Positions 1-13,919 of a stretch of 64,000 nucleotides of DNA are shown here, piece by piece. How positions within the stretch are numbered: the first letter of the stretch is position 1; every line of letters begins with the position of its first letter. The notes beneath the pieces are model-generated. The model was not told the origin of the DNA and did not search any database. It worked only from the letters and a program-made list of their open reading frames with translations. The DNA is from Octopus vulgaris (lineage: Eukaryota): assembly GCA_951406725.2 (NCBI GenBank), contig OX597818.1:115010001-115074000 (forward strand). The letters run 5' to 3'. The position numbers and the translations under genes were made by a program.

Positions 1-31
1 ACTAACCGTCTAAAAAAATCTTGCACAACAA

Positions 32-102
<71 letters not shown>

Positions 103-105
<3 letters not shown>

Positions 106-442
106 TGATCCCTCGACTATCGCGGGTGTTAAGTTTCAAAACACCCTGCGATAGGAGAAAATCCGCGAAGGAGAAACAGTAGTGTGCTGTATACTTTTAT
201 TATTATTATTTTTATAATTTGTATATATTTATTCTATTATAAATGCAAAACAACACCACGGAGGTATCGACATATACTTAGTTTCAAGCGGCTCCATTTA
301 ATTGAACCATGCAATCATTACATCAATTTCAAGGCAGTATCGACTATCGCGGGTGTTACCTTCCAAAACCCCCACGATGTGTAGAAAAACAGTAGTGTAC
401 TGAATACATATTTTCTATTATTTTCATAAATTGTATATATTT
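103..442 (+). mobile_element. Tigger/pogo-like terminal sequence, two direct copies (about 103-240 and 335-442)
   Basis: TAGTGATCCCTCGACTATCGCGGGTGTT...AAAACACCCTGCGATAGG resembles MER2/Tigger-type ends; a partial second copy follows from about 337. Confidence 0.5.
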
Positions 443-650
443 ACGAAGTTTGATCAAAGAGTATCGGAATCGTTGCTATGGTAACGAAGCTATAGTATGC
501 AAAGTGAAGCCGATTGGCACAGATTGACCTTGGACTCTGTTGCGCGTGCACACTAGGTTATAATGAACTCGCTCGCTTTAATTATTTTGCAACGGCCTTG
601 GAAGTCGAGTGTATATAGCGTCTAGCTTGCATGTGCATTGTTGCAATGTT
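442..650 (+). mobile_element. Degenerate mariner left end
   Basis: TACGAAGTTTGATCAAAGAGTATCGG...GGCACAGATTGACCTT matches the mariner left ends at 56371 and 57209. Confidence 0.7.
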
Positions 651-749
651 TCGATACATAAAGTAATTTCTACCGGGAGACTTCTCTATATTTCAACAAA
701 TGTATGTGTATATACCAAGCGTATATGAGTATGTGTGTTTGTGTGTAGA

Positions 750-1115
750 TATAAAATTATATACATAATGTATATATCTGTGTAAGTATAAATATATGTA
801 TATGTGTGGGTATATTTCTGCGTATGTGTATGTGTGTGTATATATAAAATTATATAATGTCTATATCTGTGTAAGTATAAATATATGTATATGTACGTGT
901 TTGTTACTCTGTGCGTGTGTGTATATGTGTGTGTGTGCGTACATATAAAATTATATATATATAATGTCTATATCTGTGTAACTATAAATATATGTATATG
1001 TGTGGGTATGTTGCTGTGTGTGTGCGTGCGTGTGTGTGTGTACATATAAAACTATATATATAATGTCTATATCTGTGTAAGTACAAATATATATATATAT
1101 GTATGCGTATGTTTC
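750..1115. repeat. Minisatellite, about 4 units of 95-110 bp built around TG/TA tracts
   Basis: Recurring ATATAAAATTATAT...ATAATGTCTATATCTGTGTAAGTATAAATATATGTAT. Confidence 0.8.
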
Positions 1116-1117
1116 TC

Positions 1118-1246
<129 letters not shown>

Positions 1247-3275
1247 GTGTGTACGGAGCTGAAATTTTGAATTAACTGTGCAGAGGTTGAATATTGATTG
1301 TGAGTGACTTTAGGCAGATGAACAGTTTCTGAAACAACATTAGAACATCTGCGTACACAGCAAAGGAATCGTTCCAGGAATGACAAAATTTTACAGCGTA
1401 CCATCCCTCGAAATTTGTAATATAAATATAATTATTCAATAAATCAAACTTTGCCTTCTTAAGCAAAAATCAAGAAATGGTGCATACAAAGCTTATTTAA
1501 CAATCCGTATGTAATAATTGATTAAAAAAAATTGTACATAGAAATTGAAGATTATTTAGATTGGAAAATACCATTACGTTTGTCATTGAACAATCTTAAC
1601 TAATCGTAAAATACGAAATCCATTCGAATTACTCAAATTGTTTTGCCACTCACTTCATCTTACGACTGCCGCAAAATATCGAATTGCCCTTGGCTATAAT
1701 TTTGCCCTTTGTATAAACTTGACTAGTTTTTGGGGTTTTCTTGCAGCTACAAGAAACAGGTAGCAAATTTGTTCATTTGTACACTACGTGATCGTTAAAA
1801 TGGCCACTGCGTGCGGGAGCACAAAATTGATTAATCCGTCTGTCTAGATGCTTTGAGTTGTGTTTTTGAAATGAAACTTACGAAATGTTTCTTGTGTGTT
1901 TGTGCGCTTGGTTGTTTCTAAGCACAAATAATCTATACATGAACGTATGTATAAATGTGTGTTCAGGAACAGCTATGTCATTTCTGCGTGTGTGTTTGCT
2001 TATGACGTTAGAACGTCGTTTTTATGTCTTCGTGCTCGCTTGTTCTTGAATGAATTATATATTATTCTCCTTTCAGATAATCAAGAATTTGCTCATAGAA
2101 TAGTATATTTTGTGGGAGAAGAAATATTTTATTGTTTTAAGACAATTGAACGCCAGTGAGAAGACCAATGCACAGCGCGGCCTTTTGTCTTTGTAACCAC
2201 CGTCGGAGAAATAGGAATATTGGTAAAAGGTGAAACCGCTGATTCACTAGTTTGCCGAAATGCACAGTGTTGGTTGTTAATTGCTGTGTTTCTTAAAATG
2301 CTTGAATCGGTCTATGCTGACTGTCTCTGTTTCCATTCACATCAAGGATGAAATACTTGGCTGTTGTTCGTAACGCTTTAAAACCACTAGAATAGAGTCG
2401 TAGAAAAGGTTTCAAAAGGACATCCTTACTTAGAAAAATGCATGTCACCCGGAACATGAGGTCGAGGAGCTGATGACGATAAACTTTATAATTGGAAACT
2501 CACCTCATTGAAAGAAATATAAAGCAAAACCTAACAACTTGTAACATTCTATTCCTTCTAAACTAAATCATGTTTAATTAGTCATTCCCAACATTTCTGA
2601 TTATCTCCCTTATACCGGAAAAAATCCTTGATTACCTTCCCCTGCCTGGAACTCCATATTTCACAAGATAGCAAAGACATGACACGATATAGGTAAAGAC
2701 ATTTGAGAAATTTGAAAAGAAAATACGAAGCCGGTTATTTCTCTCAAAACTATGTTACTATACGCAAAATTTTATAACATTTTTTTAACATAACGACTTA
2801 AATATATTCTTTAACCTTATAACATAAGCCTTCTGTAATTTTTTCACTCTTTTTTGTTTATATATATATAGAGAGAGAGGCGCATCTTTTATCAGTTAGT
2901 TATTTCAAACTGCGAGGTCATTCTGAGCCACTACTTTTAAGATTTTTTAGTCGAATGAATCAAACCAAGTACTTGAATTTTTAAAATCTATGACTTATTC
3001 TATCGTTCTTTTTGCCGAGCCGCTATGTTATAGAAAGTAAACACACCAACACCGGTTGTGAAACAATGGTTGGGGACAAATACGGACACAAAGACACACA
3101 AATACGAACATATATGTATATGATGGGATTCTTTTAGTTTCCGTCTACTAAATCCAGTCATAAAGCTTTGGTCGGCTAGAGTGGATTTGAATCTGGGTCC
3201 GCGGGGATGGGAAGCAAACTTTTTATAACACAGCCACGACTGCACCTTTATGTGTGTGTGTCTCTCTATCCCTCC

Positions 3276-3307
<32 letters not shown>

Positions 3308-3311
3308 GTAT

Positions 3312-3402
<91 letters not shown>

Positions 3403-3524
3403 CTCATATAGGCGCAGGCGTAGCTGTGTGGTAAGAATTTTGCTTCCTATCCCCTTGGATCCGGGTCTACAGCCGACCAAAGCCTTGAGGTTGGCTTATG
3501 TATGTATGTATGTATGTATGTATG

Positions 3525-3555
<31 letters not shown>

Positions 3556-5089
3556 ACAGAACCATCTACCAATGAGAGAACGAAGCGGGCAGTAGTTTAC
3601 ATGCAGACATTTTGATAAAAGGAAGATGCAAGAAGCGGAAGTCAACGCAGATGTAAATAGCGTCTGGAAATGCAATTTATTTATAAATATTTATTCTATT
3701 GACACCTAAATATTTTAAAATGATAAAAACTGGTCAAAGTTTAAGCTGAAAAACATTTTTCACATTTAGAGTTGAGCACTTGTATGCACGTATTTCTGCA
3801 TACAAGTGCATACATATCAATGTGTGTTAGCGTGTGAATCTGCCAAGTATTTGTGTGTTTGTAAGAATGCGCTTGTGTGTATATGTGCGTACGTATGAGT
3901 GTATGGGTAAGGACGTGCACCAATGTGTACGTGTATATGTATGTACTGTGTGTGTGTTGGCGCGTTTGTGCGTATGTTGCAGTACAATACGAACAGTGGG
4001 TCCCTGTATGAGTGACACCTAATGTCTAGAGAATTTACCGAATATGATCGAGCTAATTAGAGATTCTCATAGTGGTTATTTGTGATGCTAGAGATACAAG
4101 CCAAATCGAATAACACTTTGTGGGCTTTTTTTAAAAGAATAAACGACGCTAGGCAATTTGCACCCATTTCTGACGTGAACTGTGACTGGGTATTTAAATT
4201 AAAACGATTGCAGCCTGAAGCACACATATTAGTCATTCGAAAACACACAAAGGCTGTTAACTTTATTTAAACATTTATTATTTTGACAGCAAATAATAAA
4301 TATTTAAATGAAGTTAATAGTTTTTGTGTGTTTTTGAATGACCGAAATGTGTCTTCCACACTGCACTCACTTTATATAACACAGATTTTTAAAATAAAGT
4401 TGATAATAACGGCTGTAATTGCCTCGATGCTATGTTCGCTCTACTGGTGACTAAATCACGAATCAAGAAGTATAGCACAAATGGTAAAAATTGTAATGCT
4501 TGAAGGAGAATTTCGCCAAAACCAAAACAGAAATATAGACCATGGCAGTGGAACTATGTCAATGATCAGGGCACGGATAGTGAGACGAAACTTCGGAATC
4601 TGCTAATTAATGATTCTATGAAATTATCATATTTTGTGCATGTTTAAATAGCTGATATGTGCCTTGCACGATGAAATTGCTTTGATAGCAACACACAGCT
4701 TCAATCACATGCTAAATAATTGTAATTTCGACTTGATATTTATTGCTTTTCTAAAATAATTCTTTCTGCGATTAGTAGAAGGCCTGAAATTTTCGAAGAT
4801 GAGAATAAATCGATTACATTGATCCCAAACACTCAGCTGTTACTTATTATCATCGACCCCGAAAGGAAGAAAAGTAAAGTCGACCTTGGAGAAATTTTAA
4901 CTCAGAACGTAAAGACAGACGAAATATCGAAATGCCACTAAGCATTTTTTCCAACATGCTAACGATTCTGCCAGATCGCCGAATAATGCTTTCAGCTAAA
5001 GGCACCATGCCTGAAATTTTGGTGGGGGGAACTAGTCGATTACATTGAGCCCAGTGCTCAATTGGTATGTTTTGTCTTTGTATAAAAGA

Positions 5090-5560
5090 TGAGCTACATC
5101 ATATACTCTGCTCAATACTGCAGATTTGCTTATCAATTGCTTGACCTTAAGGATTTGAGCCTTCTTATGATGACTGACGACATGTGCATCTCTGATCACG
5201 AGCAGAAGTAGTGGGGGAGTATCATAGCCACGTGTTGAGAGGAATTCTTTGGGGTTTGGATAATTCACTTCTGGAAACATGAGTGTTTCGTTTAGCATCC
5301 TTAAACAACCCTTATTGAAGGACTTTTTCAGCGGGATGAGCTCCTCGACCTGAAGAAAACTCTAACTGGACCCCCACCTACAAGGGCGTGTGCTGTTTAT
5401 CTTGATAAGAAATCACCATAACACGCACGTATGCTTGTGATGAATGTGCCTAATGTACCCTTATCAGACGGGAAGTCATGTTGGGTATACTGGGCTTCGT
5501 ATAATTGTACCCCAATGTCACTTTGATGGCATGCGCTGCTCTCTCACTCAATAGTAATAA
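5090..5560 (+). mobile_element. Probable non-LTR retrotransposon 3' UTR ending in (AAT)n
   Basis: Higher-complexity block ending CTCTCTCACTCAATAGTAATAATAAT between SINE fragments; no recognisable ORF; family assignment is inference. Confidence 0.35.
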
Positions 5561-5675
5561 TAATCCTTTCTGCTATAGGCACAGGACTGAAATTAAAGGG
5601 GGAGGGGCCAGTCGATTACAACGACCCCAGTACAGAGATGGTACTTATTTCATCACCATCATTATCATCATCATC

Positions 5676-5725
<50 letters not shown>

Positions 5726-7515
5726 CACCCAATGTGTGGAAGATATTTTATGGCAACAATTGAGGGGGTAGTCGTAAAGAGAAACAGACCGCAAATTATT
5801 TGTAATAAAGACAATTTAGACGTTTGGATGTTTATTTGTTCATCTGAAAACGTGTCACACTCAAGTAATTTCGTGTAATTATGAAGCTATGAGATAATAA
5901 GGACTACTTCAGTTTCCCCGTCAATTTTACGTCTTTGGCTTAATTCATTTTGTTTTCCATTAACTGTTGCGATAATTTTAAGGCGTTGCCTTGCAGAAAT
6001 AGTAACTGTTGGATGTACGACCTTTTATTTCAGTTTGAGAGTCCGTGAGTGTATGTGTGTGTGTGTGTGTGTATGTATCATAGCTTCAACCTCTTACTAG
6101 GCGTAACACCATAGACTGGATATCGGTTGACTTTAAGGAATTTGTTGTTTTAAAAAGGGGGAAAAAAGAGAGAAGAAAGAGTATAATAGATCATATAATT
6201 TAAAAGAAAGTCTGTTGCAAGCATTTGGAATACGCGTGTCTGTAAGCTAGAGTTTAGAGGTGCTTGCATGTGACTTTGTAACTCTCAGTCGAATAACCTT
6301 TCTTTGGATGTCTATAGGATGTCCATACAAAGAGAACTTTTCATGAACATCATAAAACCCATTTCGCCATGAACTGTGAAATGAGTCACAACACTCATAT
6401 GTTCAGTTTAAAAGAAGCACGTTATAAATCCGAAGGTAATTAAACAGATTATGCTGTAAGAGTGGACAAAAAAATTAAGACATCCGTTTTAATTTTAATA
6501 CTATGGTGCTCAGATTGAGGAGACTACAGGCTAATGAGTATCAAAGAACCTAACCTGACAGACGAAACCCAATTCTGATAGAGCTTTCGTTCTGATATGA
6601 CTCTCATTTCTATCAGAGTTTATTTAAATCATACTAAGACAATTACACCGACAAATTAAATTTCGCTATCTTCAGATTAATATTTAATAAATACCATATT
6701 TATTCCAAACGCATGAATTAATTTTTTTGTAACTGTTAGATTATTAAATTTAGCAGAGTAATTTGTGAAAATAATTATGGATTGTCTACAACAACTGTCA
6801 ATAAAAGGAACTACAACAAAAAAACTACGCAGATGGTGAACTTTGGAAAGTGAAACAATTGTTCGGACATTCCTTTGCACATTTTACGCTTTTAGAAAGC
6901 CATCACTGTTTCGTTTTTCTGTTTGTTTTTATTCTTGTTTTTCATCTTTTCCCTTCTACAAATCTGATCGTTCAATTCTGGTTACAAAACACATTAATAC
7001 ATTTATTTATTTTCATACGTATTTATTCGTTTGTTTGTTTGTTCGTTCTTTTCTGTATATTCGTTACTCTATGGAAACATTAAGCAATTAACATGTTTTA
7101 AAGATTGATATAATTATTCTTTCTTATTCTATGGCAAGCTGTTAGGTTCATACCCACTTCTCTCCCGAAACTTATACGTCGGACCGCAATTTGCGTTTGG
7201 TTCTTTTTCATGATTCGCTCAACGTTGTAAAACACAAGAAAATTAAATCATAATGAATGCTATTATGTTCTCGTTACTATGAATTAGTAAAAAAAAAAAA
7301 GAGCATTATATATCAATACTGCCTATTACTGAAATCTTTCACCACATAACTCTGCAAAGGCATGTCTGCTTAAGGGTGTGTTTAATGTTGATAATGCTGG
7401 ACGTCACAAATATTGGATAATAGCTCTCCATTTAATGTTAAGAGTTGCTAATTAACCCCAGGTCAACTCTAATCGAGCAGATGGGGAAAGACATTTCAGC
7501 TGTGATCTTTCCATG

Positions 7516-7899
7516 GATGGAAGCACTCCGTCGGTTACGACGACGAGGGTTCCGGTTGAGCCGAATCAACGGAACAGCCTGCTCGTGAAATTAACGTGTA
7601 AGTGGCTGAGCACTCCACAGACACGTGTACCCTTAACGTAGTTCTGGGGGATATTCAGCGTGACACAGAGAGTGATAAGGCCGGCCCTTTGAAATACAGG
7701 TACAACAGAAACAGGAAGTAAGAGTGAGAGAAAGTTGTGGTGAAAGAGTACAGCAGGGATCACCACCATCCCTGCCGGAGATCGTGGAGCTTTAGGTGTT
7801 TTCGCTCAATAAACACTCACAACGCCCGCTCTGGGAATCGAAACCGCGATCCTACGACCGCGAGTCCGCTGCCCTAACCACCGGGCCATTGCGCCTCCA
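7516..7899 (-). mobile_element. tRNA-derived SINE family C, full length, 11-bp TSD
   Basis: Minus strand has A box TGGCCCGGTGG, B box GTTTCGATTCC and RTE-like tail CCTCGTCGTCGTAACCGACGGAGTGC; TSD ATCTTTCCATG at 7505-7515 and 7900-7910. Confidence 0.9.
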
Positions 7900-8368
7900 A
7901 TCTTTCCATGAAAGACTTGTTGTTTAAGATACGAGCAGTCGATATGAACAAGCTTTTAGCAAGGTTAGAAACCACATACAAACTCCTTCATTGAATCCTG
8001 ATACTATGTTGAGATTTTCTGTGTGTGTTTTAATAATCCTTTCTACCAAAAGCCCAAACCCTGAAATTTCGACCTCAGCAAGCAACTACTGGTTTTTAAT
8101 TTATCGACTCCGAAAAGATGAAAGGCAAAGTCGACTTCGGAGGAATTTGAACTCAGAACGTAAAGACACACGAAATATCGCGAAGCATTTCGCCCGGCGT
8201 GCTATCGTTTTTGCCAGCTCGCCACCTTAAGTAATTTAGATATTATTAAGTCCCACGGTCTTATATGAAAATGCTTGATTTCAAGATTTGTGTCATGGCC
8301 ACACTTAACATCCACTGAACCACTGAACGAAAACACATATGCAATTTGTAGAGTGGAAATAATATTAA

Positions 8369-8412
<44 letters not shown>

Positions 8413-9372
8413 CTGTCAGAGCAGTGAGTGCGACGAACAAAAATGATTAGCGGCATTTCTTCCAGCCGATTAGGTTCTGAGTTCTAATTCTGCCGAGATC
8501 GACTTAGCCTTTCAATATTCTGGGGTGGATTATATCGACTCTAGTTAGGCATTAGGGTTAATGTTAATCAAACTTGCCCTTCTCTCAAAATTAGTGGCTT
8601 GGTGCCAAACTTAGAACTATTAAGAGTGACTACTTTGGTCATTCGACATTGAAATTGGCTTCACAGAACTGCTTTGAATCTCAGCTTTGTCAACTGAATA
8701 AAATAGACTTCATTGAGGGCCTTGTCCACTTGGTTTTAAAACCAGTTTCGCTCCAGGTTTACAATGTCCATATCCAAGAATTTTAAATAACGGATCTTGA
8801 AGTAGTTTCCTCTCACATTTTTCTTTTTATTTTACTATGGGAACATCGTAAGGATATTTTTGACAAAGAATTTCTTCGATAATATTCAAATGATCGAAGT
8901 TTTTTCAACTCCGAAAAATCACTTATGTGAAACCCTACAATATGTGAATTTAGAATGTAGAAAGCCCTCGCCCCACTCCCAGGTACTTAATCTCCGTTAT
9001 TTATTTGATGGTCTTCTAGTTGTCATGATGTCCATTCTTTAAAACAGGATATGGATGTGCTCAGCTTATTAAGTTATTTCTATTACATGCACACTGCCTG
9101 AAATTAACCATAATTACCTCACACAGACATCGTTCATATTCGTTTACTCCTAGGTGAATGCTAATTTTTAATGGATCAAATTAGTGGCTTCAGTGTCGTC
9201 ACTCAACCTGTTAGCAGTATCACCCAATTCTCAAATCATGTACTATGAGAAAGGAACGTGTAACCTGATTTTAGATAGAGAAAATGAGAGGGTGTCACCT
9301 ATTGGAGCACTTTCGATAACAGATCTAATCCAATAAAGATTATCTGTGAGATTACCAAATAACAACGATAAT

Positions 9373-10156
9373 AATAATCGTTTCTACTGGAAACACAAAA
9401 GCCTCATATTTGGGGAAGGGATTAAGATTTTTAGATCGACACCAGTGCGCAACTGGTAGTTACTTAATCGACCCCGAAAGGAAGAAAGGCAAAGTCGACC
9501 TCGGCGGAATTTGAACTCGGAACCTAAAGACAGACGAAATACCTATTTCTTTACTACCCACAAGGGGCTAAACACAGAGAGGACTAACAAGGACAGACAA
9601 ACGGATTAAGTCGATTACATCGGCCCCAGTGCGTAACTGGTACTTATTTAATCGACCCCGAAAGGATGCAAGGCAAGGTCGACCTCGGCGGAATTTGAAC
9701 TCAGAACGTAGCGGCGGATGAAATATCTATTTCTTTACGACCCACAAGGGGCTAAACACAGAGAGGACAAAACAAGGACAGACAAACGGATTAAGTCGAT
9801 TACATCGGCCCCAGTGCGTAACTGGTACTTATTTAATCGACCCCGAAAGGATGAAAGGTAAAGTCGAACTCGGCGGAATTTGAACTCAGAACGCAGCGGC
9901 GGACGAAATACCACAAAGCATTTCGCCCGGCGTGCTAACGATTCTTTTCTACTCTAGGCACAAGGTCCGAAATTTTGGGGGAAGGGGCCAGTTGATTAGA
10001 TCGACCCCATTACGCCACTGGTACTTATTTAATCAACCCCGAAAAGATGAAAGACCAAGTCGACCTCGGCGGAATTTGAACTCAGAACGTAACGGCAGAC
10101 GAAATACCGCTAAGCACCTCGCCCGGCGTGCTAACGTTCCTGCCAGCTCGCCGCCT
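9373..10156 (-). mobile_element. SINE family B (Deu/Nin-like central domain) multimer of 4 units inside one 13-bp TSD
   Basis: Repeated GACTTTGCCTTTCATCCTTTCGGGGTCGAT core with 184-bp period; TSD TAACAACGATAAT at 9360-9372 and 10157-10169. Confidence 0.9.
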
Positions 10157-10759
10157 TAACAACGATAATGATTCCAGATGTTGGCACAAAGTCAGTAATT
10201 TCGTGAGAGTGGACAAGTCGACAACATCGACACCAGTCTTCAAATGATAATTATTTTATTCACCCTGAAAGCGGAATTCGAAATGATAATGTAAAACCGG
10301 AAGACATGCCGCTAAGCATTTTGTCCGACACGCTTACGATTCTGTCTGTTCGTCACCTCACACGATGTAGCAAAAATATATTTCGTGATAAGAATATTCT
10401 CTGAACTCTCCTCTTAATTTCTATAAGCAGTGTAAATAATCTTGGATTTTTAATGAGACGGAAAGCTTATCTCCTTTTGGTTGCTAACACCTGGTTTATT
10501 ACTTATTTTTATATTTACTTATTTATTTATTTATTGGATCTTAGTCAGAAGTGGTGAACAAAAGACTGGAGAAAGCTCGCAGGTAAATAAATTCCTGTAC
10601 AAAAATATTTGAGGAAAAAAAATGATGAACAATTGAAAGATGAACGGAATTTCACATGAATCGAAATGTGAAATTTTAAACGTTCCGCTTCACTTCTAAA
10701 GAGATTGGTTACTTACTGTGGTGTGACCGGAAACTACAGCTACACACACACACACGTGA

Positions 10760-10797
<38 letters not shown>

Positions 10798-10844
10798 CTG
10801 TCTTTGTTGATGGTTCTAATGCTTAGATTTTAAACTTATGTTAT

Positions 10845-10917
10845 GTACATTATTTACATTAGTTAGATTTGACGGATATTTGTCCTCATCTTGTTTGTTG
10901 TTAACACAACGTTTCGG
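10845..10917 (-). mobile_element. Penelope-like terminal fragment (3' half of the hammerhead module)
   Basis: Reverse complement CCGAAACGTTGTGTTAACAACAAACAAGATGAGGACAAATATCCGTCAAA is identical to 37921-37970. Confidence 0.75.
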
Positions 10918-11458
10918 CAGAATTGTTAGCACGACGGGCAAATTTAGCGAGTTTCTCGTCCGTCTAAACGTTCTGTGCACAAATTCCGCTGATGTTGGTT
11001 TTTGCCTTTCATCCTTTCCGGTCGATAAAATGAATACCAATCGAGAACTGGGATCGATGTAATCGACTGTCTCCTTCCCATAAAATTTCAGGCCTTGGGT
11101 CTTTAGTAGAAAGGATTATTAGCTCATTTGAAGGCGGCGAGCTAGCAGAAACGAGATGGGGTCGATCTAATCGACTAGGGCCTTCCCCAAAAATTTCAGG
11201 CCTTTAGCCTAGAGTAGAAGATAATATTGTATCTTGGAAAGGCGGCGAGCTGGAAGAACCGTTAGTACGCCGGGCGAAATGCTTAGCGGCATTTTGTCTG
11301 TCTTTATGTTCTGAGTTCAAATACCGCCGAGGTCGACTTTGATTTTCATCTTTTCGGGGTCGATAAATTAAGTACCAGTTGCGTACTGGGGTCGATCTAT
11401 TCGACTGGCACCCTAGCCCCCAAATTTCGGGGCTTGTGCCTTGAGTAGGAAAGAATAT
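10915..11458 (+). mobile_element. Cluster of SINE family B copies
   Basis: GGCGGCGAGCTGG head, TTTCATCCTTT..GGTCGATAAA core and CAAAATTTCGGGCCTTGTGCC-type tail, three copies. Confidence 0.85.
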
Positions 11459-11634
11459 TTATTGCTTGCATAGTCTCTTTTCATCAAAGACCTTCAACTC
11501 TCTCTCTCAAATAGCTGAGCGAAACTTTATATTCTAGGTAACATTTTTTTCTTTTAAGACAATAGCTACGACGACGGCGACAGCTGCGACAAAGATGGCG
11601 TCGACATTCACACACACACATACGCACACACACA

Positions 11635-11718
<84 letters not shown>

Positions 11719-12125
11719 CACACACACACACATACACACACAATCACACACACACAAACATTCATACACCCGCAGTCGTACACATACTAACACGAAACGT
11801 TCAGTTATTCAAAATCTTTTCTCCCTCTCTCTCGCTTACTCTCCCTTTCTTTCTCACTCTCTTTCGCAGATGCACGCACACACACATACACACAAACACA
11901 CACACACACACATGCACACAGACATACTCTCTCACACAAATGCGGACTTGCACACTCATACATATACTAATATCCAACGTCATTTATTCACACTTTTACT
12001 CTCTCTTTCCTTCTGCCTGTCAGTCTGTCTTTCTCTTTCCGTCTTTTTCATTGTCACTCGCACACACACTCTCTCTCATATAGATAGATAGACGGACGGA
12101 CACACAGACAGACAGACAGACAGAC

Positions 12126-12241
<116 letters not shown>

Positions 12242-12263
12242 GATAGATAGATAGATAGATAGA

Positions 12264-13185
12264 TATGTTTCTTTATTAGCCACACAGGGCTGCACACAGA
12301 TAGAACAAATTACAAGGTAGAGCTTTTCTTTTGAAGGTTTAAAAAAAAAAAAAAAAAGGGAAGGGGGTTTCGATCAAAAGGGATCGTAAAAGGAGAGAAA
12401 GAGGACAAAAAAGGGGGTTAAAAAAAAAGGGGGAGAGGAAAAAAAAAATTGATCAATAGATAGATAGATAGATAGATAGATCGATCGATCGTGGAACTTC
12501 GTCGGTTACGACGACGAGGGATCCATTTGATCCGATCAACTGAACAGCCTGCTCGTGAAATTAACGTGCAAGTGGCTGAGCACTCCACAGACACGTGTAA
12601 CCTTAAAGTAGTTCTTAGCGTGACACAGTGTGACAAGGCTGGCCCTTTAAAATACAGGTACACACAGGAAAAAAAAGTGAGAAAAATTTGTGGTGAAAGA
12701 ATACAGCAGGGTTCGCCACCACCACCTCGCGGAGCTTCAATAAACACTCACAACGCCCGATCTGGGAATCGAAACCGCGATCCGACGACCGCGAGTCAGC
12801 TGCTCTAACCACTGGACCACAGTACCTCCACAATAGATAGATAGATAGATAGATATGTTTCTTTATTAGCCACACAGGGCTGCACACAGACAGAACAAAT
12901 TACAAGGTAGAGCTTTTCTTTTTTGGGGAAAAAAAAGGGGGTTAATTTTCGATCAAAAGGGATCGTAAAAGGAAAGAAAGAGGACAAAAAAAGGGGAGGA
13001 TTTAAAAAAAGGGGGGAGGGGAAAAATAAAGAAAAGGGGAGAGGAAAAAAAAAGTTGATCAATAGGGATCGTAATCACAGAAATGTCAATATGAAGTGTA
13101 AAGGGGAGGACAGGTGAGGTTTACCCGTGGAAGGAAAAGCCTACGGAAAAGACCACGGTAACCTCGGTCAATGAAGTCACATGTT
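12264..13185 (-). mobile_element. Two LINE-like 3' ends (12264-12460, 12853-13185) anchored in (GATA)n, separated by a family C SINE (12491-12830)
   Basis: Both end on the minus strand with TGTGTGCAGCCCTGTGTGGCTAATAAAGAAACAT-(ATCT)n; the central part matches the SINE at 7516. Confidence 0.7.
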
Positions 13186-13603
13186 ATATTTCTCTGTATT
13201 AATTTTTACGGTTCATAGAATCATAGTCAAGGTGGCTTCGTCATTCATACGTGCTATCCTTGCTACATTCACCCATCTTTTTTTTAAACATTCACTAGAC
13301 AGATAGATAGATAGATAGATCTAAGTACAAAATAACTGCCTCGACTTTTATCTCTCAGTCGTACTTACACTTAAAACAAATTCTCTTTCTTTCCACACAA
13401 ACGCACAACAAACACTAACATGTATTTATTATGTTGATCATCAAGATCTATAAAAAGAACACCAGTAAAACTGAAGGGAGACTGGTCCATTGTTTTAGAA
13501 TTAGCAATCTTTCTCTCCGTCTCACCATTGCCTGTTGCTGTTACTGATCATATCGGAGCCAAATAGCGAACTAAAAACATTGTCTTAAGGAAAGAATTAA
13601 CAG

Positions 13604-13669
<66 letters not shown>

Positions 13670-13786
13670 TCTCTCTCTCTCTCTCTCTCTCTCTTTTTCT
13701 CGGCTTATCATGCTGCCACTGTGATGTCCGAAGAATTGTAGGATAAGAAAGTAAACACAAACAATATGTCGCACATATATATGAAT

Positions 13787-13819
<33 letters not shown>

Positions 13820-13876
13820 TATATGTAATATACATATATGCATGCAAATAACTATATGTGTGTGTGTGTATATAAG

Positions 13877-13919
<43 letters not shown>

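Noticed and set aside
2061-2520. Acceptor-like ATTCTCCTTTCAG followed by unique sequence
   Set aside because: No sustained ORF or clear donor; cannot be supported as an exon without RNA data
9932-10159. Recurrent peptides such as RKDERQSRPRRNLNSER in many ORFs
   Set aside because: Antisense translation of the SINE family B core, not a protein family
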